Positions 6,958 to 14,186 of a stretch of DNA of 17,433 nucleotides are shown here, piece by piece (positions within the stretch are counted from its first letter, which is position 1; each line of letters opens with the position of its first letter). The notes below the pieces were generated by a model. The model was not told the DNA's origin, did not search any database, and worked only from the letters and a program-made list of their open reading frames with translations. The DNA comes from Candidatus Rokuibacteriota bacterium (GTDB taxonomy: Bacteria; Methylomirabilota; Methylomirabilia; Rokubacteriales; DASRDR01): NCBI GenBank assembly GCA_044866005.1, contig JBIOTN010000185.1:1-17433 (forward strand), read 5' to 3'. The translations under genes and the position numbers were made by a program.

Positions 6958-7227
6958 ATGCCGGTTCGGTTCACCGTCCGGCTCACGCCGGCGTTCCGGC
7001 GCGACCTTGAGGCCCTGCCTGAGCGCGTCCAGACGACCATCATCGAGGCCGTCAAGCGCCTGGAAGAAAATCCGTTCGGCCCGCCGCCCAAGATCAAGAA
7101 GCTTAAGGGTAGAGGCGTCGGACAGTGGCGCTTGGAAGTTTGGCCGTACCGCGTCCGATACGACGTGATCGGCCACGACGTGGTGCTCTACCGCGTTCGC
7201 CATCGCAAGGACATCTACCGAGAATAG
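6958..7227 (+). CDS. Type II toxin, RelE/ParE family (RelE-like mRNA interferase), 89 aa
   Basis: FTVRLTPAFRRDLEAL...LEENPF...IKKLKG...WRLEVWPYRVRYDV...VVLYRVRHRKDIY. Starts 3 nt after the antitoxin stop. Confidence 0.92.
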   Translation: MPVRFTVRLTPAFRRDLEALPERVQTTIIEAVKRLEENPFGPPPKIKKLKGRGVGQWRLEVWPYRVRYDVIGHDVVLYRVRHRKDIYRE

Positions 7228-7264
7228 ACGCTCCCCGCTCGTGCCAGCCAGCCTGGCTGGTCTG

Positions 7265-7498
7265 TCACTTTTGGGCCTCATCCTCAAGCAGGATGAGGCT
7301 TTCATTTGTTCCGGCTGCTTCTCGTAGCGCTGCGGCGACTTGGCGCCGGGTCCCCGGTCTCCCATTGCGCCGGGCGAGCCCTTTCTCGTTGAGTGAGAGG
7401 GCGATCGCCGAGTTGGTCTTGCCGACGTCGGCGAGTTCGAAGATGGCCCGGACCATCTGCGCCTCGGCGGGATCCGGGACCAAGCCTTGCCGGCGCAA
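7265..7498 (-). pseudogene. Remnant of a serine recombinase (only the 'Recombinase' DNA-binding domain)
   Basis: LVPDPAEAQMVRAIFELADVGKTNSAIALSLNEKGLARRNGRPGTRRQVAAAL matches the LxxDxxEAxxVRxIF...IAxxLNxxG...RxGxxW motif. There is no catalytic resolvase domain, G stands where W is expected, and the 5' end runs into a repeat. Confidence 0.65.
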
Positions 7499-7536
7499 CC
7501 GGGGGGGGCATCGGGGGTCTTCCGAGACCCCCGAGA
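7494..7536. repeat. REP-like intergenic repeat: CGCAACC-G8 followed by a 10-bp hairpin
   Basis: Stem TCGGGGGTCT (7511-7520), loop TCCG, AGACCCCCGA (7525-7534). The leader CGCAACCGGGGGGGG..ATCGG is shared with 17403-17433. Confidence 0.65.
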
Positions 7537-7540
7537 CAAA

Positions 7541-8329
7541 CTAGAGGTACACTCCCCGGCTCGCGCCGCCGTCCACGGTGATCGTCACGCCGGTGATGAA
7601 GCTCGCCCGCTCCGAGGCCAGGAACACCACCAGGTCGGCCACGTCTTCAGGGCGCCCGATGCGGCCGAGCGGCTGGCGCTGAGCCACCTCCGCACGCAGC
7701 TCCTCGGGCGTGCGGCCCTGCGCGCGCGCCTGCTGCGCGATCAGGCTGTCCCATCGCTCGGTCGCGGTGGGGCCGGGGTTCACCGCCGTCACGAGCACGT
7801 CGGGGGCCGCGAGGTCCGCGAGGCCCCGCGTGAAGTTGACGAGGCCCGCATTCGCGATCCCGCCGGCCAGGTAGGTCGGCGAGGGATTCCGCGCGGCCGC
7901 GCCGATGACGTTGACGATCCGCCCCCACCGCCGGGTACGCATGTGGGGGAGCACCGCCTGTGCCATGCGGACGTAGCCGAGCAGCTTGAGGCGCCAATCC
8001 TCGGCCCACTCCTCGGGAGGCGTGCTCAGGAAGTCGCCGCCCCGGATCGCGCCGGCGTTGTTCACCAGGATGTCGAGGCCGCCGAAGCGCGCCAGCGTCC
8101 CCTCGACCACCCGTCCCGCCGCGTCCGGCTCGGCGAGGTTCGCCGCGATCGTGAAGACCTCCGCGCCCTTGGCCCCGAGATCGGCCGCGGCGCGCGCCAG
8201 CCGCTCCTCCCCGCGCGCGCAGAGCACGACCCGGCAGCCCTCCGCGGCCAGCCCCGTCGCGCACGCGAGCCCGATCCCCCTCGATCCTCCCGTCACCAGC
8301 GCGATTCGCCCGGCGAGCCCTAGCTCCAC
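7541..8329 (-). CDS. Short-chain dehydrogenase/reductase (BKR-like atypical SDR), 262 aa
   Basis: TGGSRGIG, LDILVNNAG, WGRIVNV, NPGPTAT and VVFLASERASFITGVTITVDGG. SD AGGAG before the GTG. The YxxxK position reads GGIAN. Confidence 0.92.
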   Translation of the reverse strand: MELGLAGRIALVTGGSRGIGLACATGLAAEGCRVVLCARGEERLARAAADLGAKGAEVFTIAANLAEPDAAGRVVEGTLARFGGLDILVNNAGAIRGGDFLSTPPEEWAEDWRLKLLGYVRMAQAVLPHMRTRRWGRIVNVIGAAARNPSPTYLAGGIANAGLVNFTRGLADLAAPDVLVTAVNPGPTATERWDSLIAQQARAQGRTPEELRAEVAQRQPLGRIGRPEDVADLVVFLASERASFITGVTITVDGGASRGVYL

Positions 8330-8554
8330 AGTAGTCTCCTCATGTCCAGGGTAGAGGCGGCGGGCCCGGGCCCAGACGCGAGCAGATCAAGAATGCAGGC
8401 CCCAGGCGCGCCGAGGCGTATGCCGGCCCCCCCGCCCAGCCCTATGAGGAGGTGCGCCGAGGGCCCCAGAGGCCGGATCGGCCGCGAGGCCGCAGGCCGA
8501 GCGCGTCCCGGCCATGAGGCAGGACGAAGAGATGCGAAGCGCATCGGCCCGGCA

Positions 8555-9556
8555 CTAGTCGATGACGCCGAGCTTGCCATTGTGCGAGCCCAGGTACCAG
8601 AGCCGGCCGGCGCCGTCGAGCGTCATCTTCCGCACGCCGGTGTTCGCGCGAGGGAGCTTGTGCACGCGAAAGCGGGCCGTCCGCGGCTCGAACTCCGCGA
8701 CCGTGTCCGCCGAGAACTCGCTCACCCAGACGCGGCCCGCGCCGTCCACGTTGACCGCGTAGGGACCAGACGGACGCGACGGCATCGTCCACTCCTGCAT
8801 CTTTCCGCTTTCCGGGTCGAGACGCCCCAGCCGGTCCGCGCCGTACTCCGTGAACCAGATGCTGCCGTCCGGCGCCGTCGCCATCCGGCGAGGCCGCGAG
8901 TCCTTGGTCGGCGTGGCGAGTTCCTCGATGGCCCCCGTCCGCGGGTCCAGCCGCCCCAGATGGGCGCGACCGAACTGGCAGAACCAGACGCGGCCCGCAC
9001 GGTCGAGCGTGATGCCGTAGGGCCGCGCGTCCGGGCTCGGCACCGCGAACTCGCGCACCTGGCCGGTCGCCGCATCGACCCGCCCCAGCCGGTTACCCAC
9101 CTGGACGGTGAACCACACCGCACCATCGGGCGCGATCACGGGCGTATGCGGGTCCCCGCCCGACGGCAGCCGGTACTCCTCGACCTTCCCCGTCCGCGGA
9201 TCGAGGCGACCGACGTAGCCGGCGCCGTTCGCCGTGAACCAGACATGACCCGTCGAAGCCACCGCCAGGCCGTGGGGGCGCGTGCTCGGTGCGAGCGGGA
9301 ATTCCGTCCATTTCCGTGCGGCGGGGTCGAACCGGGCCAGCCGGTCGCCGCCCATGACCGTGATCCACACGCTCCCGTCGGGGGCGGCCGCGGGATCGTG
9401 CGGGTACCGTGGCGTCGGCACGTCGTACTCCACGAGCCGTCCGGTGACTTCGGGGAGCGCCCCGGGCTGCGCGCCGTAGAAGCTCCCGCCCGCGTGGACG
9501 ACGAGGCTCCCGGCCAGCCCGAGCGCGAAGGCACCGATGACTCCGAGACCGCGCAT
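8555..9556 (-). CDS. Secreted Vgb (virginiamycin B lyase)-like seven-bladed beta-propeller, 333 aa
   Basis: Repeats of P[HY]xxxxxxDGxVWF...LGRLDPxTG...EY. Hydrophobic N-terminal signal peptide (MRGLGVIGAFALGLAGSLVVHA). SD AGGAGG. Confidence 0.85.
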   Translation of the reverse strand: MRGLGVIGAFALGLAGSLVVHAGGSFYGAQPGALPEVTGRLVEYDVPTPRYPHDPAAAPDGSVWITVMGGDRLARFDPAARKWTEFPLAPSTRPHGLAVASTGHVWFTANGAGYVGRLDPRTGKVEEYRLPSGGDPHTPVIAPDGAVWFTVQVGNRLGRVDAATGQVREFAVPSPDARPYGITLDRAGRVWFCQFGRAHLGRLDPRTGAIEELATPTKDSRPRRMATAPDGSIWFTEYGADRLGRLDPESGKMQEWTMPSRPSGPYAVNVDGAGRVWVSEFSADTVAEFEPRTARFRVHKLPRANTGVRKMTLDGAGRLWYLGSHNGKLGVID

Positions 9557-9567
9557 GATGCGCCCTC

Positions 9568-10518
9568 CTAGATCGGGATCTCGCGGCCGACGCCCTGCTC
9601 GCGGGCGCGCGCGATCAGGCGCGCGGCGACCGCGACGTCCTCCATGGCGGCTCCCTGGGACTCGAACAGCGTGATCTCGTCGTCGCGCTGCCGGCCGGGC
9701 CGCTTGCCGGCGACCACCTCGCCCAGCTCGTACACCCGCTCCCACCCGAGCACGCCCTGCTCGACCGCCGCCACGAGGTCCCCCGACTCGAGGCGCGCCT
9801 GCTCGAGCGAGTCCGTGACGATCAGGCTGGCCCGACCGACGGCCTCGACGTCCAGCTCGGCCCGGTCCCGCGCGTTGGAGCCGGCCGCGTTGACGTGCGC
9901 GCCCGGCCGGATCCAGCGGCCCTCCAGGACCGGGGTGCGAGAGTTCGTGATCGTCACCAGGATCGGGGCCTCGGCGGCGTCCCCCGGCCGCGCCACCGGG
10001 ACGACGGGCACGCCGAGCCCGAGCGACATCTCCTCGGCGAAGCGCGCGCGGCGCTGGGCGTCCCGGCCGTAGACGCGCACCTCGCGCACCTTGCGGACGC
10101 CGCAGACCGCCTCGAGCTGCGAGCGCGCCTGCCAGCCGGTGCCGTAGCAGCCGACCTCGGCCGCGTCCGCGCGCGCCAGGTGCTTCGTCGCCACTCCCGA
10201 CGCCGCGCCCGTGCGCATCTGGCCGAGCCGGTCCGCCTCGATCACGCCGACGAGCGCTCCGGTCTCCGCGGAGAAGAGGAGGACGACGAACTTCGCGCCC
10301 CGCCGCACCGTGGCGTAGGCCTTGAGGCCCATGACGCGCGCCTCGGGCAGGGCCGCGGGCATGACGTGGAGCAGGCCGCCGGGGACGGGCAGCCGCACGC
10401 GCGGGCGGTTCGTGAGCTTGCCCTCGCCCTGCCAGCGGAACACCTCCTCCACGGCGTCGAGCGCCAGCGACATCGGCAGGAGCGCCGTGACGTCCGCCTC
10501 GGTCAGGAGGAGCGCCAT
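9568..10518 (-). CDS. Ornithine cyclodeaminase/mu-crystallin family protein (alanine dehydrogenase/imine reductase-like), 316 aa
   Basis: LHVMPA...GLK, MRTGAASGVATKHLAR, GTGWQARSQL, GAHVNAAGS and ITLFESQGAAMEDVAVA. SD GGAGG. Confidence 0.92.
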   Translation of the reverse strand: MALLLTEADVTALLPMSLALDAVEEVFRWQGEGKLTNRPRVRLPVPGGLLHVMPAALPEARVMGLKAYATVRRGAKFVVLLFSAETGALVGVIEADRLGQMRTGAASGVATKHLARADAAEVGCYGTGWQARSQLEAVCGVRKVREVRVYGRDAQRRARFAEEMSLGLGVPVVPVARPGDAAEAPILVTITNSRTPVLEGRWIRPGAHVNAAGSNARDRAELDVEAVGRASLIVTDSLEQARLESGDLVAAVEQGVLGWERVYELGEVVAGKRPGRQRDDEITLFESQGAAMEDVAVAARLIARAREQGVGREIPI

Positions 10519-11171
10519 GCCGCCTCCGTCGGCCGGCCCCCCTCGGGGCGCGGCCAGAGGGGCGCCGGCGGCAGCGGCTCGCCCCGGCGGAGGGCGGCCA
10601 GGGCCACGGCCAGCTCGGCTTCCCACCCCGTCGTGTCGAGCGGCAGCGCCGCGCGCGCGGCGCCGAGCTTCGCCAGACCTTCGGCCAGGAGCGACCGCGC
10701 ACCCTCCCGGTTGTCGTTGGCCGCGTGATGGAACGCCACGGCCACCTGGATCAGTCCCTGGAGCGCGAGGCGCTGGTCGCCGTCGGCGGAGAGCCAGGCG
10801 GGCTCGAGGAGCTCGTGGACCTCGAAGAAGAGCCCGGCGTCGGCCAGGAGCGCGGCGCGGCCGAGCAGTCCCGCGAGGCTTCCGCGCCCCGGAGGCGGCG
10901 GCTGGTGCCGGAAGATCTCCGTCGCCGCGCGGGCGCGCCGGCAGAGCGCCGCGCGGTGGCAGGCGAGGGCGCCCCGGAGCCTCACCCGGTCGGCCCCCGC
11001 CACCTCGAACCACGGAAGCGCCGCGAGCCGGGCCACGTCCCGGCCCTCGAGGCTTCCGCCGTCGTCCGCGCAGAAGCCGTCGAGGGCCTCCAGGGTCGCG
11101 CGCGCGTCGGGATCGTCGAAGGCGTCGAGGATCAGCTCGGCGAGGCGGTTCCGCAGCCCGAGGGGCAGCAT
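10503..11171 (-). CDS. DUF309 domain-containing protein (putative metal-dependent hydrolase) with N-terminal extension, about 222 aa
   Basis: GLFFEVHELLEPAW...LQGLIQVAVAFHH...NREGARSLL is the DUF309 signature. The stop overlaps the start of the OCD gene. Confidence 0.85.
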   Translation of the reverse strand: MLPLGLRNRLAELILDAFDDPDARATLEALDGFCADDGGSLEGRDVARLAALPWFEVAGADRVRLRGALACHRAALCRRARAATEIFRHQPPPPGRGSLAGLLGRAALLADAGLFFEVHELLEPAWLSADGDQRLALQGLIQVAVAFHHAANDNREGARSLLAEGLAKLGAARAALPLDTTGWEAELAVALAALRRGEPLPPAPLWPRPEGGRPTEAAWRSS

Positions 11172-11203
11172 CACGGTGGGCGGGCGCCGCGCCTCGCCGA
11201 CGC

Positions 11204-12328
11204 TCAGGCGCCGGGGCGGTCGCCCGCCCGCCGCCTCTCGGCCGCGCCGCCCCGCGCCGTCGCCTTCGCGAAGAGGGCCTCGCCGAGCGCGAGCGAGCTG
11301 CCGGAGCCGCCCTGCCGCAGCATGATCCACTCGCCGAGAATCGCCAGCGCGATCTCGGCGGGCGTCCGCGCGCCGATGTCCAGGCCGATGGGGCTCCGCA
11401 GGAGGCGGACGCGCTCCGGCGGCACGCCCTCCGCCGTGAGGCGCTCGGTGATCAGCATCGACTTTCGCCGCGAGCCGATCAGCCCGACGTAGCGGGCCGG
11501 GGTCCGCATGGCCGCCGCCGTCGCCTCGTAGTCGAGGTCCTGGTTTCGCATGGCCACCACGATGGCCGTCCGCGCGGTCACGGGGAGGGTCTTCAGCGCC
11601 TCGCCCACCGGCGCGGCCACGACCTGGTCGGCCTCGGGGAAGCGCTCCCGCGTCGCGTACTCCGCCCGGTCGTCGAGCACGGTCACCCGGAGGGCGAGGA
11701 ACTTCCCCAGCGTGGCGAGCGCCTTGCCGACGTGGCCGGCGCCCAGGATGACGAGCGCCGGTGGAGGCCCGAAGGCCTCCGCGTAGAGGCGGGCGCCGCC
11801 GAGCGCCAGGAGCTCCGTCCCGTCCTGCGCGAGGATCCGCCGGCCGAGCTCCGCCGCGCCGGGTTCCAGGGCGCGGTCGCCGAGGCTTCCGCCGACGTCC
11901 TGCTCGCGCACGATCAGCTTGGCCCCGGCCCGCGAGCCCTCCAGCAGGGTCACGAGCGCCAGTGGCTCCCCACCCCCCACCGCCTCGTTCACCGCGGCGA
12001 GCCACGGCAGCGCGCTCTCCTGGAGCGGCTCGATGAAGATAGCCATCGTGCCGCCGCAGGCCAGCCCCCACTCGTCGGTCCCGCCGGAGAGCGCGTACTC
12101 GCGGAACACGGGCTCGCCCCAGCCCAGCCGGAGCCCGGCCTCGCGCACGGCTTCGGCCTCCACGGCGCCCCCGCCGAGCGTCCCCAGCGACCCGCCGTCG
12201 CCGCGCACGAGGACGCGCGCACCCGCCTTCTGCGGGGTCGAGCCGCGGGTCTGGACGACGGTGGCGAGGGCCACGCGCTCGCCGAGCTGGAGCCGTTGCC
12301 ACGCCTCGCGGAGGACCTCGACGCTCAT
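11204..12328 (-). CDS. xdhC: XdhC/CoxI family molybdoenzyme (xanthine dehydrogenase) maturation factor, 374 aa
   Basis: ALATVVQTRGSTPQKAGA, GTLGGGAVE, GLACGGTMAIFIEP, LVILGAGHVG, YVGLIGSRRK and SPIGLDIGARTPAEIALAILGE. Confidence 0.92.
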   Translation of the reverse strand: MSVEVLREAWQRLQLGERVALATVVQTRGSTPQKAGARVLVRGDGGSLGTLGGGAVEAEAVREAGLRLGWGEPVFREYALSGGTDEWGLACGGTMAIFIEPLQESALPWLAAVNEAVGGGEPLALVTLLEGSRAGAKLIVREQDVGGSLGDRALEPGAAELGRRILAQDGTELLALGGARLYAEAFGPPPALVILGAGHVGKALATLGKFLALRVTVLDDRAEYATRERFPEADQVVAAPVGEALKTLPVTARTAIVVAMRNQDLDYEATAAAMRTPARYVGLIGSRRKSMLITERLTAEGVPPERVRLLRSPIGLDIGARTPAEIALAILGEWIMLRQGGSGSSLALGEALFAKATARGGAAERRRAGDRPGA

Positions 12329-12337
12329 CGCGGTCTC

Positions 12338-12346
12338 ATGATAGCA
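12338..12346 (-). promoter_or_regulatory. Extended -10 element for xdhC (near-leaderless transcript)
   Basis: TGcTATCAT ending 9 nt before ATG 12328. Confidence 0.55.
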
Positions 12347-12374
12347 GAGCGCGGCGCGCCGTGGCCGGCCGCGC

Positions 12375-12887
12375 TCACCGGACCCGGACCACGCGCGTGC
12401 CGGCCACGTGGTCGTAGAGCGCGCGGCGGTCCGCGCGGGCCGGGACCACCAGGTGCCCGACGAAGAACAACGCCGCGGAGACCAGCCACGCCGCGTGTCT
12501 GAGCAGCGCCCGCAGGTAGCCGATCGGGCCGCCGTCCAGCCCGACGACCCGGACGCCGAGCAGTCGCTTGCCCACGGTCTGCCCCGTGGTGCCGTGACCG
12601 AGCACGAAGTAGGCCGCCGGGACGACGAGCCAGCAGGTGTAATGGAAGGCGGTGGCGACGAGCGCTCGCCGCGCGAGCCCCGCGGTCACCAGGCCGCCCA
12701 CCGCGAGGAGCGCCCAGACCACGGCGGTGTCCACCACGAGGGCGAAGAGCCGCCGCCAGAACCCGCCCGGCTCGTCGTGGGGCGCCGCCGCGGGCGGCAC
12801 CGCGTCGTGCCAGGCGGGCACCCACGCGCCCGCCGGCGTCGCCGTCGCGGGCGGCCCCGGGACGCCTGCTTGCCACTCCCCACCCAT
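12375..12887 (-). CDS. RDD family membrane protein, 170 aa
   Basis: GGFWRRLFALVVD, hydrophobic helices, GQTVGKRLLGVRVV, RALLR and RRALYDHVAGTRVVR. Confidence 0.9.
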   Translation of the reverse strand: MGGEWQAGVPGPPATATPAGAWVPAWHDAVPPAAAPHDEPGGFWRRLFALVVDTAVVWALLAVGGLVTAGLARRALVATAFHYTCWLVVPAAYFVLGHGTTGQTVGKRLLGVRVVGLDGGPIGYLRALLRHAAWLVSAALFFVGHLVVPARADRRALYDHVAGTRVVRVR

Positions 12888-12895
12888 CGCGCGTC

Positions 12896-12959
12896 ACTAT
12901 ATCAGAGGCCACGCGGTCGGGCGGCGGCCCCGGGTGGCCTCGCGGCGCGACGGTATAAT
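12896..12959. promoter_or_regulatory. Back-to-back -10 elements for RDD (minus) and moeA (plus)
   Basis: Minus-strand TGaTATAGT (12904-12896) ends 8 nt before the RDD ATG. Plus-strand TATAAT (12954-12959) ends 14 nt before the moeA ATG. Neither gene has an SD. Confidence 0.6.
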
Positions 12960-12973
12960 ACCTGTCGACACCC

Positions 12974-14167
12974 ATGATCCCCGTCGCCGAGGCCCAGGCC
13001 CGCATTCTCGCCGAGGTCGTGCGGCCGACGACGGCGGAGGCCGTGCCGGTCCCGCGCGCGCTGGGCCGGGTGCTCGCCCACGCCGTGCCGGCGCCCTTCG
13101 ACGTGCCACCCGCGGACAACTCCGCCGTCGACGGCTACGCGGTGCGCGCCGCGGACCTCGCGCGCGACCGGCGCGCGGAGCTGCGGGTCCTCGGCGACCT
13201 GCCGGCCGGCTCCGCCTACACCGGCACGCTCGGGCCGGCGGAAGCCCTCCACATCATGACCGGCGCCCCCATGCCGGCCGGCGCCGACACGGTCGTCCCC
13301 CAGGAGCTCGCCGAGCGGGCAGGCGACCGCGTGCGGCTCGACGCCGTCCCGCCGGGCGCGAACGTCCGGGCCCGCGGTGAGGACGTGCCGGCCGGCGCGG
13401 TCGTCCTCGACCACGGGGTCGTGCTGCGGGCCCAGGAGCTCGGCCTCCTCGCCTCGCTCGGGTTGCCCGAGGTCTGGGTCCACGCGCGACCACGCGTGGC
13501 CATCCTCTCCACCGGCGACGAGGTGGTCGAGCCCGGGCTCCCGCGCAAGCCCGGCCAGATCTACGACGCGAACCGCTTCTCCCTCCACGGGCTGGTCGAG
13601 ACCGCGGGCGGCGAGCCGATCGACCTCGGCATCGTCCCCGACCAGCCGGACGTGCTGCGCGCGCGGCTCCTCGACGCGGCCGACGCCGCCGACGTGGTCC
13701 TGACCTCGGGCGGCGTGTCGGTCGGCGTCTACGACCTGGTCAAGCGCGTCCTGGCCGAGATCGGCGGGATCGACTTCTGGCAGGTGGCGATGCAGCCGGG
13801 GCGCCCGCTCGCCGTCGGCCGGATCGCCGAGAGCCACTTCTTCGGGCTGCCCGGGAACCCCGTCGCCTCCATGCTCTGCTTCCTCCTGTTCGTCCGGCCC
13901 GTCGTCTGGAAGCTCTCCGGCCGCCGTGACCTCGAGCCGCAGCGCTTCACCGCGATCGCGAGCGAGGCGATGCGGAAGAAAGCCGGACGGCGCGAGTTCA
14001 AACGCGGCGTCCTGCGCGTCGGCGAGCGTGGCTTTGAAGTCTCCACCACCGGGCCGCAAGGCTCCGGCATCCTCTCCTCGATGGTCGCCGCCAACTGTCT
14101 CGTCATCCTCGAGGAGCCGCGCGGCGACGTGAAGCCCGGCGAGCCCGTCCTCGTCGAGCCGCTCTGA
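12974..14167 (+). CDS. moeA: Molybdopterin molybdotransferase MoeA (gephyrin-like), 397 aa
   Basis: ALGRVLA, PPADNSAVDGYAV, IMTGAPMPAGADTVV, STGDEV, IYDAN, TSGGVSVGVYDLVK, MQPGRP, GLPGNPVA and QGSGILSSM. Confidence 0.96.
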   Translation: MIPVAEAQARILAEVVRPTTAEAVPVPRALGRVLAHAVPAPFDVPPADNSAVDGYAVRAADLARDRRAELRVLGDLPAGSAYTGTLGPAEALHIMTGAPMPAGADTVVPQELAERAGDRVRLDAVPPGANVRARGEDVPAGAVVLDHGVVLRAQELGLLASLGLPEVWVHARPRVAILSTGDEVVEPGLPRKPGQIYDANRFSLHGLVETAGGEPIDLGIVPDQPDVLRARLLDAADAADVVLTSGGVSVGVYDLVKRVLAEIGGIDFWQVAMQPGRPLAVGRIAESHFFGLPGNPVASMLCFLLFVRPVVWKLSGRRDLEPQRFTAIASEAMRKKAGRREFKRGVLRVGERGFEVSTTGPQGSGILSSMVAANCLVILEEPRGDVKPGEPVLVEPL

Positions 14168-14186
14168 GCCCGCGACCCACCCGCCG

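Noticed and set aside
5560..7260. Integron cassette array (attC sites) around the HNH-like and TA genes
   Set aside because: No convincing paired RYYYAAC/GTTRRRY boxes at the gene ends and no integron integrase in the window.
8555..12302. Long N-terminal extensions in track ORFs 8555..10702, 9568..11013 and 10503..12302 suggesting fusions or frameshifts
   Set aside because: Each family domain has its own start, mostly with an SD (9556, 10518, 11171). The extensions are off-frame readings of the upstream gene.
10322..12502. Long plus-strand ORFs (726 aa and others), plus 8342..9571, 12902..14356 and 14103..15890
   Set aside because: Shadow frames opposite well-supported genes, expected from stop-codon scarcity at high GC.
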